This document shows positions 1-64,000 of a DNA stretch of 64,000 nucleotides, in pieces. Below the pieces are notes generated by a model. That model was not told the origin of the DNA, ran no database searches, and saw nothing but the letters and a program-made list of their open reading frames with translations. Source of the stretch: Eledone cirrhosa (lineage: Eukaryota); NCBI GenBank assembly GCA_964016885.1, contig OZ024743.1:293508001-293572000 (forward strand), given 5' to 3'. A program made the translations under genes and the position numbers. How positions within the stretch are numbered: position 1 is the stretch's first letter; each line of letters opens with the position of its first letter.

Positions 1-427
1 TGAATTCGGTAAACATAAGTTCTGTGAAATCGTAGACGAGAGAGAGAAAAAATGCCGACCGGCCTGGCCAAGCGTGCAAAAGAAAAGAATTACGCACAGG
101 TCAAACGGGAAGAAGGAGGAGGAGGAGGAGAGGTAGTAACAGAGAGTGAGTGAGCAAAGGGTGAGGAAGAGGCTAACAGAGAGAGTGACTGTTAGAGAGG
201 GTAAAGATACAGAGAAAGAAGAAGCAGTAAGAACGAAATAGATGGGTCACAGCGGGAGAAAAAATTTGTGTAAATATGAGAATAAATGTGCTGCGGAGTT
301 GCAAATGGGTTACATATGAATAAAGTGGTCTTTCATCAGTGATCTTCCAACCATCATCGGTATTTCTTCGCTTTAAAGACCATATACCTCCGGTTGGTGC
401 GAGCAACGGATATATATATATATGATG

Positions 428-744
428 GAGGCACATGGCTTAGTGGTTAGAGCATTGGCCTTGCAATCGAAAGGTTGTGAGTTCAATTCTCAGACCGGGT
501 GATGTGTTGTTTCCTTGAGCAAGACATTTTATTTCACATTGCTCCAATTTAATCAGCTGTAGAAATGAGATGAGAGGGACTGGGGTCCATATCATGTGGT
601 CGTGGGGGTGCCACGGCAAAAAAATCACCCAGCACTCACTGTAAATGAGGTTGGTGTTAGGAAGGGCATCCAGCTGTAGAAATCAAGCCAGAATCAGTTC
701 CCGTCCCACCCTTGCAAGCAGGGAAAAGCGGACATAAAATGATG

Positions 745-751
<7 letters not shown>
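428..751 (+). mobile_element. tRNA-derived CORE-type SINE with RTE-like tail
   Basis: A box (tggcttagtggttagagc), B box (gagttcaattc), MIR-core-like ccttgagcaagaca...ctgtagaaatg, tail shared with the RTE 3' UTR ending (atg)n; near-identical copies elsewhere in the window. Confidence 0.88.
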
Positions 752-775
<24 letters not shown>

Positions 776-863
776 GCATATATATATATACGTATGTATA
801 TATATATATATGTATTTATATGTATATATGTATATGTGTATATATATGTGTATGTCTATATAT

Positions 864-1920
864 TGTTATACTTTGGGAGGGTCATGTTGCCAATAAGAAA
901 CACACGCACCAGTTGCTTTCACTTCAATGTATTATAAATTAAATTTATAAATTTAGGAATTTATAAATTTCCGGTTGGTTGGTTGGTTCCACAACCAGAT
1001 GATTGTTCGTATATTGTCAAACTTCTTTCATCACACATTCTGTGACCTCTTCAGTGACTGGGGATTCTTTTCTTTGTTTTTGTGCCTCTCCTTTGCTCTG
1101 TCCTATGCCATCTTGTGTTTTTGTGTGTGTTGTGTGCTTAGTTTGCGCATGTGTTACATCCGGGTGTCTGTGTGTGTGTTTATATTTGTTTATTTACATG
1201 TTACTGGTTGGTTGTTTGTTCTATGTGTGTGTGTTTTATTTTGTCCTTAATTGTAAGCTGTGATGTTGCTATTCCATTCATGTTTTCTATTTAATTTTGG
1301 TTGGAGTTTATTTATGTTTCTTGCCTCTGTGATTTGTCTAAACTTTGTGTCTTTTCTGTGTGTAGATTCTATTTTTATTTCTATGTTCTCTAATTAACCC
1401 TTATGTTCTATTTTAGCATGTTGGTGGAGTACATATGATTCTTTTCTATCTTGAAGCTCTCGCCGGTGTTCATTTATCCGTTCTCCTATAATACGAGCTG
1501 TCTCACATATGTACACTATATTCTTATCTCTACATTGTCCTTCAGTACATCTTATGCTATATACTACATTTCTAGTTTTACAGTTAATATGGTGGCTTAG
1601 TTTACAAATTATACATTTCTTATCTATACAGGGAGGTCTTTGAAAAGAGTATGTATTGCTAATAAGTGTTTTTATGGAGGTAGTTGGTCTTTCTACAATC
1701 TTAATATTGAGTTTATGTTTATCTAGGGCGCTTCTAAATTTTTAAGCTAATTCACCTCTAGGGGTTGTATTGATGAACATTACACTCTGGTATTTATTGC
1801 TATCATACCATGAGTTTATTCTATTAACCTTATTCCTAGTTCTTTCTATTCTATTCCAAAATTTGCTCCTATACAAGGGGCAGGTCCCATTTGTATCATT
1901 ATTTACCATTATTTTCCTTA
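864..1920 (-). mobile_element. Penelope-like retroelement remnant: GIY-YIG endonuclease pseudo-ORF (~1880-1247) plus pLTR-like segment (864-1255)
   Basis: Minus-strand translation gives ...PCIDKKCIICK...CKTRNVVYSIRC...VYICETARIIGERINEH...HQH...H...RQITEA..I...PKLNRKHEW with two in-frame stops; the downstream segment recurs at 20796-21222 and 57168-57393. Confidence 0.82.
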
Positions 1921-2149
1921 TAGAGGAGCCAGAACCAAATGGGAAAAAATGGTAAATAATGATACAAATATCTACAACATGTCTGGCAGCTCAGTTGTTG
2001 AACATGCAAGTGAGGGACATGCCTCATATATGGCATCTGGCTATCAAGTTCTGCCTAAAAAGTCCAATTGAACCAATGGCAACTATCATGGGACAAGCTA
2101 TTTTTGTCAGGCATTCTACTGATTCTGTCAGCTCTCACTTATGTAATAA

Positions 2150-3170
2150 CAATGGTGCTGGTAGTAGTAGTAGTAGTAGTAGTAGTAGTATCAATAGTAG
2201 TAGTGGTGGTGGTTGTAGTCGCGGTGGTGGTAATGATAATGATTTCTTTGTTTTGTTTATTGTCACCTTGATGTCGTTCATAATGATAATTATAAAAGCA
2301 GCAGCAATAACTGCATAAGCAGCTGCAGAAAAACCTAAAGAGCATCTTTAAAAAAAAGAAAAAAGAAAAACAAGACATCAACAATAGCAAACAAGGAGAT
2401 GTGCATTAACACCAACAACAAATGCAGCTGTAGTTGCATTATCGCATTGGCAACAATAAAATACAACGGTAGAGCAACACCAACAGCAATAGCTACAACA
2501 CATGCAGCTGAAGGTTATAACAATACATTAGCAATAATAAATTGTATGAACAATAACAACAACAATAACAAATGCAGATGTAATTTCACCAACACAAAAA
2601 CAATAAAATCTAACTGCAACAACAACAACAACAACAGTTTGAGAAATTAATATCATCAAACAAAACCATCTGTAGCAACAATGTAGGATAACAATAAACA
2701 GCAACAGTTGTAAGTGCTGCAGTTATACCAACTACAACAACACCAACAACAAGAACATAATTACAATGTTTGCTTGCCTCTACTTCCTAATCACTGAGAC
2801 TACTACTACCATCACCAACACCACACCACTGCTACCATCACCATTACCTCTCCACTGACACCACTTTCGCCATCACTACCATCACCACCACAACCACCAC
2901 CATTACCACCACCATCACCATTACCACTTCCACCACAACCAACAACACTACAACCACCATCATTCCCACCACAGCCACCACCACTACCATCACCACCATT
3001 ACCAGCCACTACCACCACCACCACCATTACCACTTCCACAACCAACACCAACACTACCATCACCACAACCACTTCAGCTACCATCACAACTGCTACCACC
3101 ATCATTCCCACAACAGCAACCATCACCACCACCACAACCACCTCCATTGAAAACTACAACATACATAAAC
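2150..3170. repeat. Degenerate trinucleotide low-complexity tract (AGT, AAC, ACC)n
   Basis: Runs of gta, aac and acc; gives poly-S/T/V/G spurious ORFs. Confidence 0.9.
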
Positions 3171-6100
3171 CATGCAGAAGCATCATTACCCTCATAAAAT
3201 CTCCCTTCAACGCTATGTTATGGTGTCAAATTGACAGGATTTTTAGAATCCATAAAACATAAATGCTTTGCATTATTGTTCCTGACCCTCTAAGTTCAAA
3301 ACCTGCCATGGTCAACTTTTTCTTTTATCATTGCAAGGGGTTGATAAATATTGTACAATTCCAGGGTTGATTGATTGGCTCAATTGATAAAGCATCAAAT
3401 AGCCTTGCAATATCTATTGCATTTTTCTGTCTCTTTAGTTCAAGTCTAACCCCCTGTCATTTGATAAATGGTGACATGATAAGACTGGAGTCCCCATTAT
3501 TAAAACACACAAGAAATCTATGTGATACACACCTCATAGGAGATGTGTTCGCCATAGCAAAAACATGCTAGGATGTACACATCATACAGAGATACATGGC
3601 AAAAACCGGCAACTGTTGAATTTCAACGGATCCTGCCTTGCTTACAGAGAGACACCGGTGCCAGGATCAAATACAGTTAGTCAATATGAACAACTAATGA
3701 CCAACAGATACTGTTATTAGGAACAAACATAGTCTGTAACTTATGAACAATTAATGGACGAAATTCAATTATTCAATATGAACAAATTAGACAATAAGGC
3801 TGATACATATTGTTAAGCCTAAAATGATAGAAATAAGATGTCACTGCTGTAATGCTTTAGATACCTTTCAGCCTCAGGCTGGCTCTGGTTCTCTGGCATA
3901 ATAAAGCCTGTTTTAAAATGCTCATATTTTAGTTTAAACCTCGCTTTGTATTCTTAAGTAAAAACGTTTTTGTTAGATAATGTTCTAAACACCAGATTAA
4001 TAAGGGAGAAATGTATTTATTTTACTAAACTCCTCCAAATTCGTGATTATTTGAAAAATTAATTGAAGCACTTAAGTAGTGTATTTCATTGGAAATAAGT
4101 TCATGAAAGAGTTAAACAAAATAGGCCAGCTTCAAATTTTATGCTTGTCTTTGGATTGTTTTGTAATTATATTTGCAAAAATTATATACAAACTCTAAAT
4201 CAGCAAATTTACCCCTCAGTAGGTGAAATTTACTCCTTGTTGGGTAAAGTTAACTCGGACAAGGAACTTTTCACATAAATCAAGCCATCTGCAAGTTTAT
4301 TTCATTATAGTAATTATGGTCAATGCTAAATTTCATACTACTGAAGAGGTGCCCCATTATCGTAGTCATCAAATATGTAGGCAATGGTGGTCTTAGTTAA
4401 GTTAAAATCTGTCCAATTAAGAGCTTAATTCTGTCTTATTGATGTAAAGTAACTGAGATTACATTCCTACACCTCTGAATGGGGCTCCAGTCCATATCAA
4501 GGTTAATTTTATGTTAATGAGATATTACTCATGTTTTTTCAGCTCAGTTGACTGTAGTAATGAAGTGTCTTGATCAAGGTCAGGAATAAAACTCATGATC
4601 TTATGATCATGAGCCAAACTGTCTAACTACATGGTCTGACACATTCATTAATGACATTAGCGCTCAAAATTTATTGCTGGTCGTTATAAAGCAATGCCAC
4701 TGAGTAAGTGATCACTCAACCTGCTTGAAGTAACAGACAGTTCTCCCTCAAATTACACTATATCATCTTTAAAATCTAAAAGATACTCCTACTATGGTCA
4801 TGGCAAAAATACCTATTGATCAAAGAGTTAACCTGGTGGTTTTTATTTTTGATTTTTTTTTTACTGTTTAGTCAGTGCCCATAACCCCCTTTTTAGGTGC
4901 AAAGAAGGAAGTGAAGTGGCAAAGCTATCGTCAAACTAGAGACCTGGTTCAAATTCTTGTAATTAAGTCGATTCCTCTTAAGATAGATACCCTTAGGGCC
5001 AGATGGTGGTGTTAAGTACAATATAATCTATAATTGAGAGGTGTGGAGCCTGAAGTTTCTATGCCCCTTTAGTGCAGCCTTCCAGAAGTCTGGATTTTAC
5101 ATTTAAAACAACAAAAACACAAAAACATACCTTATTTATTTATAATGACATTTTTAGGATTCTTTTACTGGTGATAGTTTTTAGACTGTGACCATACTGG
5201 GGTGTCACCTGGAAGAGATTTAGTTGATTATATTGAACTCTTTGTTGAACTGCTAGATTATGTGACATAAACTAACACACACACACACATGTGTGTGTGT
5301 GTGTGTGTGTAAATGTATGTATGTGTGCATGTGTTTGTTGCATGTCTATAGATTTATGATGAACATGAGCAGTATACATAAATATACACATGTATGTATC
5401 TCTGTGCAAGTGCACACTTGTGTATGTGTACATGTCCTTGAATATCTTAAGCATATATAACTTGCCAGATCAATGGCAAGAAGTTGATGTTAAATGCCTC
5501 AAATACGTATTGAACTTATGACCTCTCAGTGCATATTGTATCGTGAAACTATTCATCCATTCATTGTCAAACCATCAAAGCCCTTCTCTAAGCTATAAGA
5601 GATATGTAAACATCTTAACTTTCCAACTGTGTCTACCTGTTTGCCTTACTTTTTCTTTATTTACTCATCAAGTGTCACCAACACTACACCTGGTATTCCC
5701 CCTCCATACATACACATGCATGCATGTGTGTAAGTGTCTATGAGTATATCATGATTCATACACTGTTCACATTCCTGACATTTTTGCATTATTGTATGTA
5801 CTATACATGCACCTTTGATGATTTCTAGTGCACCTAAGCACTGTACACAACCATTTTTCATTATATTAGAGGTTAATATATTTGTTTATCTCCCTTTGTT
5901 GATAATTAAATAGATCAAGAAACAAAAAGTAAATGCCTATTCATCTGTGTGTGTGTGTGTATAAATGTGGGCTTTTATGTATAATCATAGTCAAGTATTA
6001 ACTGAAAACAGAGTATGGATTTATTTTTCAGTCTAGTAAGGTTCATTGCAGTCAAAACTTAATCACTGCAACCTTTTTTTTTTTTAAATATACATGAATT

Positions 6101-6274
6101 ATATATACATATGCATACAACCACATACACACATAAGTATGCGTGTGTGTGTATAATTGCCTTTATAATGATGTAAAGCATCTGTGTAAAACAAAATCAG
6201 CATTTTTGAAATGTTATTCTTCTTTTTTTTGTTTATCGTTTATTTCTAATTATATGTATTTCATTTTGTTTCAG

Positions 6275-58087
<51,813 letters not shown>

Positions 58088-60144
58088 GTGAGATAGCAGT
58101 GGTATTGGTATTATTAAGCAAATAGAATATTAAATATTTCTCTCTCTCTCTTTCACACAATCTCTCCCGTTTTCTCTCTCTGTTTTTCTCTATCTTTGTT
58201 TGATTTTTTCTCTCCTTCTTTCTCATCATTTCTCTCTCAATCTCTCTTATTTCTTGCTACTATATCAGAGGCTTCTTGGTTTTTGGTATTCCTTCAAGAA
58301 TACAACATTTCTTGATACACACGTCTGTAACTCAGGGTTTTCAATACCTAATCTTAATTTGGTTTCTCACTTCTATATCCACTCCACAAACAATCTTGGA
58401 AAAAGCATGAACATTGCATATTCTTACATACCCCTCCCTAGTTTCCATATACATTTCTGAGGGCATCATCACTGAAGACATACATATAGGTGTAGGCGTA
58501 GCCATGTGCTTTCAGAAATGTTTATCACACCATGTGGTTTTCTGTTCAATCCTCCAGCATTGCACCTTAAGGAAGTATCTTCTACAATAGCCTCATGTCA
58601 ACCTGAGCCTTTGGAGTGAAATTTGGTTACAGAAACTGTAGTGAAATGAAGAACCCATTCTCTACCCTGCATCAGATCTTATTCAGAGTTACTGCCCTCA
58701 TAGTGCATTAGCCAGCAATGCAGAGTCCACTTTTTACTTATATTTTCTATTTTTGGCATGGGTTTTTTAGCTAGATAGCCTTCTTATCATCAACCACTTT
58801 ATAGAATATACTGCATAGAATGTACTGTGTATCTGGCACTAGGATGGTTATTCAATGTGAGCAACCTTTCTTGTATAATATTTCATAGACCAGTGGTCTA
58901 TGAAATGGTGATTTTGTCATAGAACCCTTATATGATTTATATGAGAATACCAGAACCTATGCCTCTATTTTATTAGCAATCACCACCATCAAATGAAACA
59001 AGAACTGTTTTACAACAATTATTTCATACAAAAAAAATTATATTTTTTGTGAAATTTTATTAAAAGACTCCTTATCTCGCAGAAGCCTCTAATTTGCTCA
59101 CAAAACTCTGGAGTTCATCAAAACTTCTTTGGATGATATAAATCTTGTCATTCATCATTATCATTGCCATCCACCAGTGGTGGATTGGCAGTATCAGTAA
59201 AGGGTCGGACACCATGTTTTCCAGCATAGTTACGGCTCTTTACGATCTGAGTTCAAATCGCGCCAAGGTTGACTTTGCCTTTCATCCTTACGGGGTCGAT
59301 AAAATAAAGTACCAGTAATGCACTGGGTAATTGCTGGCCTTGTGCCTAAAGTAGAAACAATTATCATTGCCATCATAATTTTACGCCCACTTTCCATGTT
59401 GGCATGAATTCGACAGGTTGGCACAGCATGAGATTAGATAGAGAAGCACATTTTACTATATACGTTACACATTTTGATGTTTTCTATGGTTAGATAGTCT
59501 TCCTAATGCTTTATACTCTTGCTAATTGTTGTAAAATGTACCTGAATTTTCATGAAGATGGCATTGAAACATTTTACAATCTTTGGCAGACTGTCAGTTA
59601 GGGCAATGTACTTGGTAACAGCTGCTGTCACAACTAAGTTTTTGGCACACATTGCCTGAAACCCAGCTTTGATATCCAGTGTGATGGTTTGTTGAGTTGG
59701 CGTGGATTGATAATACCTATTGTAAAAGCATGGACATCTCTATAAATCAGACCAGTAAGTGATGAATTAGCCATTAGTCATTAGTGTGCAGAACAAAATG
59801 CCTTGTGGTATTTGTTGCAGCAGACTACACTCTGAGTTCAAATCCCACCAAAGTCAACTTGCCCTTTCATCTTTTGTGGATCAATAAAATACAGTACAAG
59901 TTGAAAATGGTAGAATAACAGAACTGTTAGAGCATTGGAAGAGATACCTTGTAATATTTGTTTTGGCTCTTTGTTTTTCTGAGTTCAAATCGTGCTGCGA
60001 CCCTATTTGGGTGATAGAGTTAATGCATCAGCAGATTCAAAACCAACTACCAATTGGCCCTTTAGTAGAGTTAATTTTGTTGAATGCATTTGAGCCAGGT
60101 TTCCTTTCTCCCTCCCATCAGTATTCAAGGCTCTGCCTGTTTAA

Positions 60145-60333
60145 CCCTTTAGCATTTACATTATTCTGTATTTACTATTATATTTTCACATAATATCGAA
60201 TCTATGATATTTTGATATTATTTATTTTGAAAACAATACTTTAATATCAGCATGAGTGGTCAGTTACAGCCAATTTGAGCAGAAACAGGTGGGAGAATTC
60301 TAGCTGGATAAGACCATTTTAAATGCTAATGGG
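60145..60333. mobile_element. TTAA-type MITE, same family as 22611-22822
   Basis: ttaa|ccctttagcattta ... taaatgctaatggg. Confidence 0.6.
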
Positions 60334-60773
60334 TAACTCAATAAACTAGTCACTTATGTCAGGCAAATTTTCCTCACACATAGAAATAACACTCCCATAA
60401 GCATTTATACATATATACATATACACTCATCAACACATGTAATACACATAAATATCATCAATAATCATCTGTTTTCCATGCTGGCATGGATTGTACATAA
60501 TATATATAACCAGGCTGATTTCTAATATAATGCAGCTGGTATATAAATATGTTCTTTCTTCTATTAATGCTGCACAGTCTACCACCTGGGAAACCTCCCA
60601 AACAGTGAGTCTCTATCAGTTTTTGATCAAACTCCTTGGTTACATAGTATTATCATTATTTATTGTTATCCCACCACTTTTGAGTTTTAGCAATTTATGT
60701 CTATTGTTTTTATTTTATATTATTTTATCTTTTCACACTGCTGACATTTTATATATATGTACATATATAGCTC

Positions 60774-60829
<56 letters not shown>

Positions 60830-61289
60830 GATATATGTGTGTGTGTATGTGTGTATACATATATATATATATGTACATTAGATGCCCTCCAGCCCACTTC
60901 CTACCCCTTAGCTCCTTCTTTGCAGCCCGTATACATGTCTTAGTTTAGATATAAATATAATTTACTATTCTTGTGCTTATTAGTCTGTAATAGTGTTTTA
61001 CTTTTTATTTTCAATTTGATTTTTTTTATTTAATGGTATCGCAGTTGTCTCTTGTTTCTTGTAAATTTGCTGTCTGTTATTTTTTCTGGATGATTTGTGG
61101 GTCATTATATAGATATGATTATATGTCTGTGTGTGTGTGTGTGTGTGTGTATACACATATAAATACTCACATGAAGGATGTCATACTATACATGGCAATT
61201 AATGTCAGGTCTTTCTATGTCTTTGGACTTTTCATTTTTTTCTCTTCTGTGTGTGTGGGGGTTTCTTTCCTACAAAATCATAGCACAGC

Positions 61290-61333
<44 letters not shown>

Positions 61334-62095
61334 TAAATACACACACACTCATATATATGTGTAGTGTACAAGTGAATGTGTCATTCCTTCCACCACTTTC
61401 TGTCTCCCAAATCATTCTCTATAGGTGCCTCATGTTATTCATATAAATTGTGTTAAACATACATACATATAAAAAAGGAGAGAGTGCACAGGACCCTAAT
61501 ATCCCTTTGGTTCCTTCACTGTCAATTGCTATGATGACAATAAGAGTGTCAGGCTGACATATTTGGAGACTTCTTCAAGTTCTTTCTCAAGCACATCACT
61601 GTCTCTGCTGGGTCCCAAAGCATCTCTTGTTTATTTTTTTCCAGTATCAGGAAACAGGATCTGAAATCAGAATGAAGATAAACAGAACAAATACAGCAAA
61701 GCATTTAATCCAACACCCAAAAGACTTCATCAATGCATGTATATATTCATGTATACATAAATATGTGATCAAGCCTGGAAAGGAATGGGCTCGACAAGGC
61801 TTAAAATGCCTAAGACATGCATGCCATGATGGTGTCCCTATGAGTCATTTATGAGGAGAAGGCCTAAAGAAGAAATGTTGTATGTATATATATATATATA
61901 TATATGGTCATTGTCTCCTGAGCTCAAAATCTACACATTTTTGATGTTCTATCAATACTAAGGTGTTTTCTGGCATTGAGTCCAGTGTAAATAAAAGAAA
62001 AGACAGCCTATGCAACTCTAATGACCTCACTAAGCTAATGACCTAATGCATTAATTCATGAGAATTATGGGGCCCCTATAATTCCATTGCAAAAT

Positions 62096-62300
62096 GGTCG
62101 TGGAGGTGCCACGGCAAAAAGCACCCAGCCCACACTGTAATGTGGACGTGCAGGCACCACGGAAAAAAGGCACCCAGCACTCACTGTAAATGAGGTTGGT
62201 GTTAGGAAGGGCATCCAGCTGTAGAAATCAAGCCAGAATCAGTTCCCGTCCCACCCTTGCAAGCAGGGAAAAGAGGACGTAAAATAATGATGATGATGAT
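62096..62300 (+). mobile_element. SINE/RTE 3' tail fragment
   Basis: ggtcgtggaggtgccacggc...ggaagggcatccagctgtagaaa...(atg)n. Confidence 0.85.
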
Positions 62301-63221
62301 AGTAATAATAATAGTAATAATAATAAATGTGAAGACCAAAATCCAAAGAGGACTCGATAATGATAAATATATATCAAATATATAAGAACCCTAGAGCAAA
62401 TGTTTATTAAAATAACAGATTAAAGGTTATGCAAAGAATCGCTGCTTTCTCCCTTAGCAGGATCTCCTGAAATTGAGTTATATATATATATGTATGTAAA
62501 AGGTAAAAAGAAATAACAACACAATTGGTACAGTATATGGAAGGGATATATTAGGTTAACGCTTGATATAGCAGGAAGAGTGTATGTATGTATGTATATA
62601 TTGTCCTTCTCTTAGTATTATTATTGTTATTTTACTTCGATGTTGTTTGAAATCTATTATTATAATTCTTATTGCCTTTACTGTTCATGATGTTGTATAT
62701 AACCTTTGCCATTACGGTTATTATAATATTTATCATCATTGTACTATTTATATTAATTTTATTATTGTTGTTGTTATTATCATTATGGATTGGCAGAACC
62801 TTTGCAGCATCTGACAAAATATCATATCGTATTTATTCCAATCCTTTACATTCCAGGGTTGATAAAATAAAGTGGCCACTTTACCCTCACCTGCAAAATT
62901 GCTGCCATTATTTGAGGGCAGTGATTTGGCAGAATCAATAGAGCACTAAACAAAATACCATGTGGTATTTGTTCTAGATCTTTAGGTTCTGAGTTCAAAT
63001 CCCACCAAAGTCAACTTTGCTTGACATCCTTCCAGGTTTGATTAAGTACTAATCAAATCTTGAGGTTAACTTTCCTAACTCCCTAAATTGCTGGGCTTGT
63101 ATCATAAATGAGAAACTATTATTATTATCATTTTTATTATTATTATTATCCACATTGCCCAAATCGAATGAGATTCATCTTTTGGTTATTTTTCTATTTT
63201 TTCTTTTATTTATCATTTCTC

Positions 63222-63254
<33 letters not shown>

Positions 63255-64000
63255 GGGCCCTTGTAGCCAGTAAAAGAAATTATTATTATTATTATTTTCC
63301 CCTGCTATATGCATGTCTTCTCTCTCTTTGTCCTTCCCCTACTGCCCTATTTTTGTCTTATTTATTTCCTTGCTTAAAAGTACTGCTATTTTTATTTGTT
63401 TTGTCTCTTAGTTTTCTTTTTCTCTCTGTGTGTCTGATCATTATTATTAATTATTATTATCATTTGGAGCTACACATGGTTTGTGTTGGTGGTGAGTTTA
63501 TGTTCAAATTTTGTTTTTGTTTTGGTGACTTCATTTAAACATTTTGTTCAGTTGTTTAGATAATGACTTTATCCAAATATCTGAAAAAAGACTTCTTTCA
63601 CAGATGGATCAGGCAAAGGACTTTTTCTCATTTTCCAAAAACTAATTTCTCATAAGCTGCATATTTAAAAGAAAAATGGCAAAGGGAAAGCAAAAATCAA
63701 CTATACTACAAATAGCATCACCCCCTTCCTGTTAAAATAAGCTTTGATAGCAGCCCTAAAGACTTGAAAGGGAAAGGCAACAAAAACATGTTACTGACTT
63801 CATTGCTGTCCTTGAATCAATCCAAAACAAGCAGTAGAAGACAACAAACAAACCTCATTGACATCATCACAACTAAAAACAATAACACCATTATCACTAA
63901 CAGCTATTCATACCACCACAGCAATCACCAAAGAAACATTTGGAAAAAGTAACATTTTTGAAAAGATTTTGGAGAAGTTCAGCAAATTTTCCCTATGTTA

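Noticed and set aside
52-152. ATG-initiated short frame as a possible first semaphorin exon
   Set aside because: No hydrophobic signal peptide and no convincing donor of the needed phase.
428-500. tRNA-like sequence (also 19789, 41652, 51610)
   Set aside because: It is the head of a multi-copy SINE followed by core and tail, not a tRNA gene.
2812-3147. Gly/Val-rich 111-aa ORF
   Set aside because: Product of a degenerate (ACC)n repeat.
61644-61854. Possible next semaphorin exon after the ttttccag acceptor
   Set aside because: The required phase-1 frame hits TGA within seven codons and there is no recognisable similarity.

Overview
This window is AT-rich, microsatellite-laden animal genomic DNA. 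The SINE and RTE repertoire resembles octopus/cephalopod, though that is an inference. The one host gene I can find is a + strand class-1-like (Sema-1a-like) semaphorin. Fifteen GT-AG exons between 6275 and 58087 splice in compatible phases into 1533 nt (~510 aa) covering the Sema domain and PSI domain; the signal-peptide and transmembrane/cytoplasmic exons were not found. The introns are packed with mobile DNA. There are two RTE-clade LINE families: one near-intact copy with an internal PHD-type finger, and one full-length copy with a 9-bp TSD nested in a SINE. There is also a ~600-bp non-coding element sharing the second RTE's 5' head, a hAT (Buster/Charlie-type) transposon with TIRs and an 8-bp TSD, and Penelope-like remnants (GIY-YIG relic, hammerhead-like motifs, inverted ends). 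Two tRNA-derived SINE families and TTAA-flanked MITEs complete the set. The most notable structure is the density of inverted repeats in the pre-mRNA: a ~1.75-kb tail-to-tail RTE pair, several near-perfect hairpins, and inverted element pairs bracketing exons. Most short ORFs in the supplied track are microsatellite or antisense artefacts.
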